This document shows, in pieces, positions 40,825 to 49,789 of a stretch of DNA of 64,000 bases (its first letter is position 1; every line of letters starts with the position of its first letter). Under the pieces are notes generated by a model that did no database searches, was not told the origin of the DNA, and saw only the letters and a program-made list of their open reading frames with translations. The position numbers were made by a program, and so were the translations under genes. Source of the DNA: Octopus vulgaris (taxonomy: Eukaryota); contig OX597816.1 in the NCBI GenBank assembly GCA_951406725.2, forward strand, positions 39,990,001 through 40,054,000, written 5' to 3'.

Positions 40825-42993
40825 CATTCTCTCTTACCTGTCTGTGTTTGCCTTTCAAGTGCTGTGTTTTTACTGAGATCCCCCTTTTAGTAGAAAGAAT
40901 AGCTATAACTCTTTGACTGCTATTTCTAAATTCGGTGTGTGGTGAGGCAATTCGTTGCTAAACCCTTAATTGCTTAGTATTACTATATATATATATATAT
41001 ATATATACATATATACGACAGGCTTCTTTCAGTTTCCGTCTACCAAATCCACTCACAAGGCATTGGTCGGCCCAGGGCAGAAGACACTTGCCCAAGATGC
41101 CACGCAGTGGGACTGAACCCGGAACCATGTGGTTGGTTAGCAAGCTACTTACCACACAGCCACTCCTGCGCCTATACCTGCTGAGTAATATAAATATTTC
41201 CTTTCATAAGTTTCAAATAACTGGCAGTTGAAAAAAGATTGGGAATGTGTATCATATACGATACATGGATACTAGTGATGTATGCCCTGTGTATCTTGTG
41301 TGATACACAGGTAAAGCAAAGGATCAAAAAACTTAAGTAACATTAGATGTGCTATGTAGTAACACCTATTACTAACAGTTTAGTAACTGTTGAAAGACAA
41401 AATATTCTGTACCTCCTGGGTATAGAGAGTAATGTTCTAGAGATATTTGATGACTCAAATACAACCTTGTACTTCATGAGATTTCAAATTACACCCTTAA
41501 CCCTTTTGATACCAAGCTGGCTGAAACCGGCTCTGGCTCTCAGTACAAATGTCTTGTTTTCATAAGTTTTGAATTAAAATCTTTCACCAAACCTTAGTCA
41601 CAATTTGTGTTCCTAATGTGTTCCTTAATGATAACCAAGTTATTTTACTAAATTCTTTGTAATATTTAAAATAATTGAAAGAAACACAGAGCAACTCAAA
41701 ATAAATGCAGTAACGAAAGGGTTAAAGGACATGTTGGGTAATGTAATTCCAGATACACAATTTCTGAAAAAAAGGGTGGTTTGGTCAGAGCTAGAATATT
41801 TTCAATTGCAGACCTAAAGGAACAGGGTCAACTTGAGCCTGAACAACAAGTTTCTCATGTTATGTAAAAAGTAGACTAAAAGATGTGTGATACTATGTAG
41901 TAGTAGGATAAGAGCACTGATTGAGGAAGAAACACGAAGTAAGGATCGACTAGTCACGACTAGCTAGCGCGAGTACGCGAGTGCGCGCACCGGGACCACT
42001 CTTCTTAAATAGTACTTGTAGAAAATTTGTTGGCTAAGTAAGCCTCGAAGGACAGCTATTGGAAAACTCCGTCGAATTTTTGAGGGAAAAAGTACAGTGT
42101 GGATTAACCATTTCTTACTGTGTCGATTCCAAGAGGGTTCTGAATTCAGAAAATAACAAAATATAGCGATGACATTTTTAGTACGACCAAGAATATTTAT
42201 GATTTCTATGGGCCACAAAGTCTCAAGACAATGCGGGACAGACAGTACAAGGTCGAAATAGAGACACGGTGGGGATATATACTGAGCAAAAGGGCGAAAT
42301 GAGCAATAAGATATATTATTATTATTAACAATAAGGAATATATAAGGAACACCAAAATATGAACAACGATATAAAGGAAGGTCATAATTTCTATCACTAA
42401 TGATTATTATCGTTGTTAATGTTATTTCTATTGATAATTTCTATAAATACAGAGTTTTCTGATCTCTAACTGATAATATTTTGGTGTGAGTAATCTCAAA
42501 ATATTAATTATAATAGATAATTAGCAAGATAACATGATAAATAAATATAAGGACAAGAAAATGAGAACAAGGGTGACAGGTGTACACCCACCCATAAATG
42601 ATATCAATTAAAAGCAGAACATAAGATTTCCTTTCCTTTAACTCCCTTTTTTAGAGTCAGTCATTGAGAAGAAATAAATACGCCATTTCATTTTCGTAGA
42701 GTCTTTCATTCCTGGTTAATTAAAAGTCAATATATATATATATGTAAAATACCTATCTAAACAAATAAAAAACTAGATAATTAGATACAGTAATAATCAT
42801 GGTATATATGTATATATATAAGCAGAATTCAGTACAGTAGACAAGCATAAAAAAAGACGCAGACTGATAGTAAATGAAGTTTAAGAGTCAAGCCAAATTG
42901 AAACGAGTTAAAATACTGAAATAAATTACCTTTCTCTAAATCTTCAATGTTTGATATAACACTGACAATTTCTTGTCCACGTAAGCTCGCCAT
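2423..42993 (-). CDS. ATP6V1H: V-type proton ATPase subunit H (V1 regulatory subunit), complete 14-exon CDS, 481 aa
   Basis: Manual splicing of 14 GT-AG exons gives one open frame of 1446 nt. It contains hallmark V1H segments: [121 protein letters not shown]. Confidence 0.97.
3538..3900 (+). mobile_element. Non-autonomous Helentron/Helitron-like element
   Basis: 3' hairpin ACCTCTGCC-tttgcta-GGGTGGAGGT after (CAAA)n; related ACCTTCACC near the 5' end; AAT-repeat flanks. Confidence 0.45.
3912..4283 (+). mobile_element. Unclassified interspersed repeat ending in (AAT)n, possibly a retroposon 3' UTR
   Basis: Complex sequence bounded by AAT repeats on both sides. Confidence 0.35.
5827..5940 (-). 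CDS. ATP6V1H: ATP6V1H coding exon 13 ([38 protein letters not shown])
   Basis: ttttgcag| acceptor, |gtaggt donor, 114 nt; overlaps ORF 5823..6167. Confidence 0.96.
5999..6245. repeat. Tandem repeat, ~3 copies of an ~80-85 bp unit
   Basis: ATCCCTTAATTGGAGAACAGATAAGGGCTAGCAACAGGGGGATGAGGACACATCTGGGTGTAAAA present three times. Confidence 0.9.
7250..8025 (-). mobile_element. Decayed 3' end of an R4/Dong-clade non-LTR retrotransposon (CCHC knuckle plus restriction-like endonuclease)
   Basis: CRMC...HIVSAC...[26 protein letters not shown]...[11 protein letters not shown]...[19 protein letters not shown] across frameshifted ORFs 7713..7973 and 7550..7798. Confidence 0.85.
8278..8690 (-). mobile_element. 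Retroposon family C copy ((GAT)n tail, internal ~55-bp tandem units)
   Basis: Shared ...CCCATGCTAGCATGGAAAGCGGACGTTAAACGATGATG end; other copies at ~5196, 10500, 16845, 19820, 22207, 30324, 36405, 37543, 40010. Confidence 0.8.
10184..10285 (-). CDS. ATP6V1H: ATP6V1H coding exon 12 ([34 protein letters not shown])
   Basis: gtttccag| acceptor, |gtaagt donor, 102 nt. Confidence 0.96.
11510..12015 (+). mobile_element. AT-rich hammerhead-bearing element with ~50-bp terminal inverted repeats in (TA)n, Penelope-like derivative
   Basis: AAATTAGAAAAACCTCCTTTTATCAATTCAATATT at left and its reverse complement at ~11963-12008; internal hammerhead. Confidence 0.55.
11757..11861 (+). ncRNA. Minimal type I hammerhead ribozyme motif with long stem II
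   Basis: TAAC-CTGAAGA-GTGGCTATATTTA..TAAATATAGCCCAC-GAA-ACACGTGT-T-GTTA: stem I TAAC/GTTA, palindromic stem III, GUU site. Confidence 0.75.
12497..12622 (-). CDS. ATP6V1H: ATP6V1H coding exon 11 ([42 protein letters not shown])
   Basis: gttttcag| acceptor, |gtgagt donor, 126 nt; highly conserved V1H motif. Confidence 0.97.
12991..13399 (-). mobile_element. SINE family A copy
   Basis: Homology to 57647-58119. Confidence 0.85.
14392..14478 (+). ncRNA. Minimal type I hammerhead ribozyme motif, slightly degenerate
   Basis: TGAC-CTGAAGA-GTAAGC..GCTTGCTAC-GAA-ACATATGT-A-GCCA; palindromic stem III, GUA site, one stem I mismatch. Confidence 0.6.
14730..14908 (-). CDS. ATP6V1H: ATP6V1H coding exon 10 ([29 protein letters not shown]...LLASVQDL-S)
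   Basis: gttttcag| acceptor, |gtagaa donor, 179 nt; overlaps ORF 14726..15040. Confidence 0.95.
15744..15974. mobile_element. TTAA-flanked MITE (end ...AATGCTAAAGGG)
   Basis: Ends CCTTATAGCATTT / AATGCTAAAGGG-TTAA; related copies at ~36316-36805 (interrupted by family C) and ~36865-37050 (reverse). Confidence 0.55.
15975..16390 (-). mobile_element. SINE family A copy
   Basis: Homology to 57647-58119. Confidence 0.85.
16574..16658 (-). CDS. ATP6V1H: ATP6V1H coding exon 9 ([28 protein letters not shown])
   Basis: tcttcag| acceptor, |gtaagt donor, 85 nt. Confidence 0.95.
16694..17258 (+). mobile_element. Family D element: tRNA-like head plus hammerhead-bearing tail, with 5' inverted tail fragment, interrupted by a family C insertion
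   Basis: Head 16759-16840; family C 16845-17115; tail 17116-17258 with GACAC-CTGAAGA-A-GGCT..AGCC-aAA-ACGT-T-GTGTT; inverted tail piece 16694-16757. Confidence 0.7.
17554..18372 (+). mobile_element. Internally deleted piggyBac DNA transposon
   Basis: TTAA on both sides (17550-17553, 18373-18376); TIRs CCCCTTAATGGAT / ATCCATTGAGGGA; transposase C-terminus [23 protein letters not shown] and frameshifted Cys-rich tail (RQCAKC...[11 protein letters not shown]). Confidence 0.88.
18999..19305. mobile_element. MITE with ~90-bp TIRs and 8-bp TSD (CTGAAAAA); Merlin/MULE/hAT superfamily unresolved
   Basis: GGTGATGTTACGGAATAAGTAC... / ...GTACTTATACCGTAACATCGCC; CTGAAAAA at 18991-18998 and 19306-19313. 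Confidence 0.85.
19367..19477 (-). CDS. ATP6V1H: ATP6V1H coding exon 8 ([37 protein letters not shown])
   Basis: cctttcag| acceptor, |gtaggt donor, 111 nt; overlaps ORF 19363..19587. Confidence 0.95.
20272..20532. repeat. Near-perfect fold-back palindrome, ~125-bp arms, 7-nt loop
   Basis: ...GCCTCAACAGGTCTTCGCAA-gcagagt-TTGCGAAGACCTGTTGAGGC... Confidence 0.93.
20664..20761 (-). CDS. ATP6V1H: ATP6V1H coding exon 7 ([33 protein letters not shown])
   Basis: ccttcag| acceptor, |gtgagt donor, 98 nt. Confidence 0.95.
21786..21890 (-). CDS. ATP6V1H: ATP6V1H coding exon 6 ([35 protein letters not shown])
   Basis: tttttcag| acceptor, |gtaagt donor, 105 nt. Confidence 0.95.
21951..22171. mobile_element. 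221-bp piggyBac-type MITE
   Basis: TTAA|CCCTTTCATTAC...GTAATGAAATGG|TTAA; same-length copy at 41501-41721. Confidence 0.85.
23493..23606 (-). CDS. ATP6V1H: ATP6V1H coding exon 5 ([38 protein letters not shown])
   Basis: attccag| acceptor, |gtgagc donor, 114 nt. Confidence 0.95.
23929..24376 (-). mobile_element. SINE family A copy
   Basis: Homology to 57647-58119. Confidence 0.85.
26722..26811 (-). CDS. ATP6V1H: ATP6V1H coding exon 4 ([30 protein letters not shown])
   Basis: tttacag| acceptor, |gtaatc donor, 90 nt. Confidence 0.95.
27684..27783 (-). CDS. ATP6V1H: ATP6V1H coding exon 3 ([33 protein letters not shown])
   Basis: gaatttag| acceptor, |gtataa donor, 100 nt, phase-consistent. Confidence 0.93.
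28618..28699 (-). CDS. ATP6V1H: ATP6V1H coding exon 2 ([27 protein letters not shown])
   Basis: tttttcatcag| acceptor, |gtaagt donor, 82 nt; matches the V1H 'IRA..INWQSYLQ' motif. Confidence 0.93.
29184..29465 (-). mobile_element. Family D element (tRNA-like head, (AAT)n linker, degenerate hammerhead tail)
   Basis: Homologous to 16759-17258 without the insertion. Confidence 0.75.
35710..36040. mobile_element. Family D element arranged as inverted tail copies (~105-bp arms)
   Basis: 35710-35812 is the approximate reverse complement of 35903-36010; plus arm contains CTGATGA-A-GGCTG..CAGCT-GAAA. Confidence 0.8.
37169..37402 (+). mobile_element. SINE family B, full-length young copy
   Basis: GGCGAGCTGGCAGAAACG head, GAGTTCAAATTCC B-box, ...GTAAAGAAATAG tail; near-identical to 55123-55354. 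Confidence 0.88.
38484..39380 (-). mobile_element. Non-autonomous Helitron, head-to-tail dimer
   Basis: Minus strand A|TCTATATAT...CCCGAGCAACGCCGGG hairpin...CTAG|T; internal junction at ~38867. Confidence 0.85.
39790..39945 (+). mobile_element. Possible decayed hAT transposase fragment (TTF zinc-finger-like)
   Basis: Translation ACCF...[13 protein letters not shown]...NEKS resembles the FCF.C..F...GF.DWK...HE.S motif. Confidence 0.3.
41501..41721. mobile_element. 221-bp piggyBac-type MITE, second copy
   Basis: TTAA|CCCTTTTGATAC...GTAACGAAAGGG|TTAA. Confidence 0.85.
42930..42993 (-). CDS. ATP6V1H: ATP6V1H coding exon 1 ([22 protein letters not shown])
   Basis: AAAC-ATG-G start context; 64 nt ending G|GTAATT (phase 1), matching the 2-nt start of exon 2; promoter-like motifs ~200 bp upstream. 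The N-terminus is poorly conserved, so this exon is less certain. Confidence 0.75.
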
Positions 42994-43198
42994 GTTTACT
43001 TAATTTCACGCAATTCTTCAATTTATAATGAGTCGTGGTAGTTTGTTTTGCTTTTTAAAACTAATTAAACGATGTGTCTGAATGTTTACGTCTGTATCGA
43101 TGTATAAACAGACATGTACAGCATTAACGAACCAACGAAAATACCATAACTCTAACGTAAACAACACTATTGACTATATAACAGTATAAGATTCAATG

Positions 43199-43226
43199 GT
43201 CATGTGAACTATGGTGACCCGGAAGT
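43199..43226. promoter_or_regulatory. Putative ATP6V1H proximal promoter: M-box/CLEAR-like GTCATGTGA (43199-43207) and ETS CCGGAAGT (43219-43226)
   Basis: Both motifs read directly, ~210 bp upstream of the ATG in unique sequence. Confidence 0.55.
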
Positions 43227-45104
43227 AATAACTAGTTTTACCTTTAACCTCTCCGCATACTTATAACGTAATATATGATTTTTCTCAAAATACATTACTG
43301 TTGATATTAACGCAAGCAAAAAAAATGTGAAGCTAATTCTAAATCAATACTTTTAATCTTTAAATGAGTTTTACATAAATTTCATTTATTCATTAAAGAT
43401 CCTCGATTTATTCTATTGTAAAAATACGCAACTCCACATTCTTTTTTTTGATATACTAATTTACATTTTCTTTCATACCTGTACAAAGCAATTAGGAATT
43501 GCAAATATGTACTTATCGCTTATCATTAAAGACAAATAATAAAAAAAATTCAATATATTTATTATTATTTTTCGAAATTCTAATTTATAAAGACGGAAGA
43601 TGCGAGTCGAGAAGACGGTATTAGTTACGTCCCTTTAAGTTCTGCGCTTTGGATTAAAATCATGTCAAAAGGACTTTGTTAATTTATAATACCTACAGGA
43701 TTGTAAAATAAATAAGCAGTAAAATATTCAGGTCAACGCAAATAACTATTCTTCTTCACCTCCAATTTTATGGCCTTGAAATTATTGTTTACAAAAAAGA
43801 TCATCAGGAACACAGAAACGACAAATTTACCTCCCTTGTCTAGACAGGGATTGCCTCCCCTACAAATATATTCGCGTCAGTAGCAGAATGGCTTTGTAGA
43901 TTTTTGTTCCACAAATTCCATAGATTCACAACCTTCGAAGTGAATAGAGGGACTGACGTTTCCTTGGCCAGCACAGGTCCTAGGGGGTCGAGTGTTTCCT
44001 CATCAATCGTCTGGTGTGGAGAGGATTTCCCGCTCGATTTGACAAGCAGCAAGCAAGTGGATTTGGTTTCAAATCTCAGGCAGGGTCAAGGTAGATTCTG
44101 ACAGTAGTTCAATAGACAGAGGGTTCCAAACTCATGGTTCTTGCACAGCATAAGGATGTGAGATGGCCTTACCAGGGATGCGACGAAGAAAGAAAGTATA
44201 AACTTTATCAAACTTGCTTTTTAGATTAAACTTATTGACTAAACTTTATCAAACTTGCTTTTCAGATTAAAATTATTGACTTACTCTTAAGAATAACTCT
44301 CCAATAAGCACATTAAAAACTTTATTATTACCGCACTATATGCAGTCCAATCAAAAAACGATTACCAGAAAATTGCCTTTTATAATTATATGTGATATTA
44401 CTTTTGTAGGGGATGTGGAAATTAAACAAAAGATAAGAAACTACCACCTTAGACGAATGCTATACAGTTAGAGTAACCTACATCTAAGTCATTTGACGAG
44501 CAGAAACTGCCAGAAAGCAACAAGTTAAGTTTACTGCGCAATACATTACAACACGGAATGTTGACCACTTCCTGATTTGAAAAGTGAAAAGAGAAATAGA
44601 AACCAAGAAGTCAGGGAGAGATGTTCGAAAGACTTAGCAGCTGGTTACAGGAAGAGTGACATAAATATTTTGCTAAGTTGTGTATGGGAACAAGGAAGGA
44701 GAGGGGGTCATATTTAGAACTACCGTAGAAACATTACTGGCCCCCGAGCAAATCGGTGCACTGGGTCCTATACTATTTATTCATCGATTTATCGACAGCA
44801 AGTCGTAGAAACATAGATTGGAAATGTGCCTCCCCCACTCCGGGTGGTTCCCCAGTGGGCCCATGCTTTAAGACGGCACTGTTCCTATACTCAGCTCTGT
44901 GTCTGCGTTACACCCATCAGAAGCAATGAATAATTAACGAGTAATTTTGTTCTCCAGCTTAATGTGAAGGTTGAGTTGGAACACAGAATACTGCGTTATT
45001 TACGCTGAAAGGATCTCTCACAAGGACTTGTGGTGCGTGAAGGCACTCGTAATTATATCGTTGACACACGAGAAACAGCTGTTACGGTCGCCGGAACTGC
45101 CACA

Positions 45105-45116
45105 TCACGTGACGTC
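45105..45116. promoter_or_regulatory. CLEAR-like E-box TCACGTGAC overlapping a CRE-like TGACGTC
   Basis: ATCACGTGACGTC, a 9/10 match to GTCACGTGAC, ~2.1 kb upstream of the ATG. Confidence 0.3.
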
Positions 45117-45449
45117 GCCTTGCTATGGGACATATCCAGCAGTGACATAACAGTCAAATCACCTGTCAACGATATATAGAATATACTCCACGTTAAGTTG
45201 GAGATCTATCAACCTACCTACCTATTTCTTTACTGCCCATAAGGGGCTACACACAGAAGGGACAAACAAGGACAGACAAATTGATTAAGTCGATTCCATC
45301 GACCCCAGTGCGTAACTGGCACTTAATTTGTCGACCCTGAAAGGATGAAAGATAAAGTCGACCTCGGCGGAATTTGAACTCAGAACGTAGCTGCAGACGA
45401 AATACGGCTAAGCATTTCGCCCGGTGTGCTAACGTTTCTGCCAGCTCAA

Positions 45450-45514
45450 CCTACCTACCTATCAACCTACCTACCTACCTACCTACCTACCTACCTACCT
45501 ACCTACCTACCTAC

Positions 45515-45599
<85 letters not shown>

Positions 45600-45654
45600 C
45601 GTCTGTCCGTCTGTCTACCTACCTACCTACCTACCTACCTACCTACCTACCTAC

Positions 45655-45701
<47 letters not shown>

Positions 45702-45890
45702 CCTATCTATCTATCTATCTATCTATCTATTCACCCACCCATCTATCCATTATCCATCCTTTCATTCATCCGTCCGTGCGTCCATCCATGTATGTATGTA
45801 TGTATGTATGTATGTATGTATGTATGTATGTATGTATGTATGTATGTATGTATGTATGTATGTATGTATGTATGTGTGTATGTATGTATG
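45450..45890. repeat. Compound tetranucleotide microsatellite (CCTA)n(TCTA)n(TATG)n
   Basis: Read directly. Confidence 0.95.
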
Positions 45891-46749
45891 CTTGAAGGAG
45901 ATTATATACTACGGGAATGATAAAGTTTTTAATGCTTATTGGAAACTTAATAAAGTATACACTTTGCTTCTTCGTCGCACCCTTGGAAAGGCCTTCTCAC
46001 ACCATTCACCATTTACTGGCTGGTTTGTTAAAATTGTTTATGAAAAACTAACGATTAAAATAAATAGGACCCGTCCCTTCGCAAATCGAAGGAATTTAAT
46101 AGACGACCCAAAATGTATGTATGTATGTATGTATGTATGTATGTATGTATGTATGTATGTATGTATGTATGCGCAGGGACATAGAAATAATCGGACTGAA
46201 TACCCGATCGCGCAGTTAAACCATTGGGAGTGAAGGACTCCTAGCCTTTGTTAGGACATCCTTCTAGGAGAAGGTAACTCAGGTAACTGGGATAACTCCG
46301 ACATAAAACCTGCGGCCCAGTGGTTACCGATGATGTTGACTTGTTCTTCTTTTCGGATTATGGCCGCTGTTGCTTAGTGAGTGAGATTGACTCAGTGCAC
46401 AGCCTTTCCTTACTTAAAAAAAAATCTTCTTGCACAGGCATTGCACGATAACAACATTGATTAAGCTTCGTGCAATGGCCATACTCGATAACGAGGAGGG
46501 CAGCCACCATGTATGTATGTATGTATGTATGTATGTATGTATGTATGTATGTATGTATGTATGTATGTATGTATGGCGCTTCAGATTCGATCCCACTGCC
46601 TAGTATCTTGGGTAAGCGTCTTCTACTACAGCATGGTGTCAACACGTGTCTTATGAATGAAACTTCATAGAAGGAACCTGCGCGGATGTTTTGTTGTCTC
46701 TTTTTTGTATCTCCTAACTGTCTGGATGTTTTGCGTTCTGGTCCCATTT

Positions 46750-46812
<63 letters not shown>

Positions 46813-46814
<2 letters not shown>

Positions 46815-47049
46815 CCATGTTGATTCGCTAGCCTCTGCACGCATTTTTTTTCTCTCCTCCTTTCTGTGTTTCTTCTCTGTATATCTTTCTGTTGAAGAGC
46901 GTAGGCTCGAAACGTTAAAGACTTGTTTTATTTATATTTCCTGAGCGCCATACTAATACAATTGTTTGTTTGTATTCCACCTGCCTTCGTCTTTTGTTTA
47001 TTTCCGTAAACCTGCCTTCGTCTTTTGTCTATTTTCATAAAGCTTCCCG

Positions 47050-47051
<2 letters not shown>
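46813..47051 (+). mobile_element. Family E element (~200-240 bp) inserted in (TA)n
   Basis: Long (TA)n on both sides; homologues at ~49021-49200, ~54932-55110, ~60922-61123 (all minus). Confidence 0.8.
46884..46921 (+). ncRNA. Variant hammerhead-like motif (core CUGUNGA), family E copy 1
   Basis: TCTTT-CTGTTGA-A-GAGC-gtag-GCTC-GAA-ACGT-T-AAAGA. Confidence 0.55.
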
Positions 47052-47100
<49 letters not shown>

Positions 47101-47102
<2 letters not shown>

Positions 47103-47812
47103 GCGGCGTACGTACACTTTGGTCTCTTATATGTAAGTATACATTTTTTCTAAATCTTGTACGATCCTATTTCTGTCTATCAGCCCTTTCACGCTTATTC
47201 GCTCATTCCACTCTTCGTTCTTTCGTTCCCCTTCTCTCACATTTCTTCGCCTACTCGTACACTTTCCCTCCACTTTTCACTTCACTGTGTCCCTACCATT
47301 TTTTCTCGCCCCTCCTTAATTCTTCTGTCCCTCTACCTCACTATCTTCTCTTCCCACGTGACGGGCGTTCGGCCAAGGTCTGGCCGTTGTCCGTGCAACA
47401 TCGATATTCTTCCTTCTGTTTGTGAAATGTTGTATCCCTGCCGTAAGGCTTCATTTTCACATACGCCAGCTTAATTTAATTCGTCCTTAGTCGAAAGACA
47501 CCTGTTGTTATGTCCTGTTATTATTTTTATTGTATTTGTGTAACATTGTCCGTTTTTTTCCGTCCTTGCTTTTGTATTCATTCGCTGCTTTCTTCCAAAG
47601 AATCTAATGCTCTTAGCTTAGTTTTTCCTTGGGGATGGCCAGATTGGAGCAATCTCGAGTATAACCAGCCGAAATTGCAAAGATAATCTGGAACTCGACT
47701 AAGGAAAGAAAACTCCGAATGACGCGTCCATGTTTTCTTTGTATCTGGATGTTTTGTTGTCCCTTTTTTGTATCACCTAACTGTCTGGATGTTTTGCGTT
47801 CTTGTCTCATTA
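47101..47812 (+). mobile_element. Family F element in (TA)n microsatellite
   Basis: 3' ~350 bp homologous to 59404-59760; fragments at ~46680-46752 and ~48770-48907. Confidence 0.7.
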
Positions 47813-47870
47813 TATATATATATATATACACACACACAAACACAAAGACACACACACACACAAACACAAA

Positions 47871-47945
<75 letters not shown>

Positions 47946-48680
47946 ACACACACAAAAACATACAGAAACACACACATATATTTGCGCGCATGTGTGTGAG
48001 AGAGAGAAAGAGAGAGAGAAGGGGTGACACTGTTTGTGTGTGTTTGTGTCTCTGTCAGTGTGAGTGTGCGCGCGAGCACGTGTCTGAATTTATGAGTGTA
48101 TGTAAGCTGAATTCTTTTCCATCCTAAGTATTCATGGATGGCTTTCTTGTTATAAATATTCGGCATAGTTTATCTGTTTTTCACTACTTCAGTTTTTACT
48201 AATTGTTTTGCAACCTTTCGCTTCACCTTCACCTTCACTTTTACCACATACTTTTATATGTTATTTGTGTATTACGTGTATATACGATTATCGTTTTCCT
48301 TTTATGTAAATGTATGTTACCCGTCGTATTCAATGCATGTCAATGACACGAAGTTACGTGCTTAAATGAACACAACATGCTTAAATAAACACACTCAGAT
48401 AAAGAATGACAAAAATCCTAGTAGAAGAGCTTCCACCCCCACATAGCAAGGGAGATAGAAAAAAAAAATTCGTGTCGCCTAATAAAAATGTTTTATGGCT
48501 AAGGCGATAATTGCATAAACACCACCATTTACTACGAAGGTAAAAAGAGAATCATTCATTTTGTACTAACCATACATAAGTTACCTCCCTTGTGAATTTC
48601 TGTATACTGTGATTCTGTTAGTGATTGCTACACATTTGCTACAGATGTAAGAGCAAGCGTAAAGATGTGTGTGTGTGTGT

Positions 48681-48750
<70 letters not shown>

Positions 48751-48927
48751 GAAATTAAATATAAATTATAAATTACAAAGTGGGACAAGAACGCAAAAAC
48801 ACACAAAGAGACGACACAAGAAAACAGACGGGACACTCGAAGCCTCTAATCTTCAGTCGGGAACCGGATCATCTTAGCAATTTCGGCTGTTTAATCTCGA
48901 TTATTGCGGCGTAACGTACCCCTATCT

Positions 48928-49023
<96 letters not shown>

Positions 49024-49114
49024 AGAATTCACAAAAAAAAAAACCCAAAAGGTGAAGACAGGTATTGTAGAAAACAAACAGATGTATTAGTATAACGCTC
49101 GGGAATTGAAAAAG

Positions 49115-49152
49115 TCTTTAACGTTTCGAGCCTACGCTCTTCCACAGAAAGG
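49115..49152 (-). ncRNA. Variant hammerhead-like motif, family E copy 2
   Basis: CCTTT-CTGTGGA-A-GAGC-gtag-GCTC-GAA-ACGT-T-AAAGA. Confidence 0.5.
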
Positions 49153-49789
49153 AACACGGAGAGAAACAAGGAGGGAAAAAAAGTGTGTGTAGTGGCTATT
49201 ATGACCTATCTCCTCATTCTAATCATACACATCTCTCCCCCCGCCCATCTATCGACAAATACTATCGATACATTCTCGAATTTTCATTCAACCACAAAAC
49301 CCCTTTGATTGAGCAACACAGAATCCACGGCTCCATACTTTGAAATGACTAAGCATGAAATACTATTGGAGCTGACATTATTTCAGTTCGCTCAAAGTTT
49401 CTAAATTGTTATGGAGCCAACAATATATACATACATACATACATACATACATACATACATACATACATACATACATACATACATACGTACGTACGTGCGT
49501 GCGTGCGTGCATGCATTCATATATGTATATTGTATATATATATGCATACACATATAAATGTATAAAGTCAAGAGGTGTGATAGGTGACGATAGAGTTACT
49601 CTTCCATATGGCGTTCATGATTATATCCGTTTCCTATCCCTTTACATGTAGTATCAATCTATTGTTCTATGCAAATGTTATACGCACAAATTCGCACGAT
49701 CCCTTATAATTCTCTGAATCCATATTTTGTACGATGTATGTATGTATGTATGTATGTATGTATGTATGTATGTATGTGCACCTTCATCC

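Noticed and set aside
40938-40970. TGGTGA-GGCAA-ttcg-TTGCT-AAAC as a hammerhead
   Set aside because: Both core strands are mutated and there is no stem I; at most a decayed relic
43830-44190. ORFs 43840..44052 and 43904..44101 as a divergent gene
   Set aside because: FTSKVVNLWN resembles a CR1 ORF2 C-terminus; likely a LINE relic, too decayed to call
47625-47730. Family F CAGCC-GAAA and CTGAGGA/CTGAAGA segments as a hammerhead
   Set aside because: I could not build consistent stems I and III or an NUH site across the 47.6k, 48.8k and 59.6k copies
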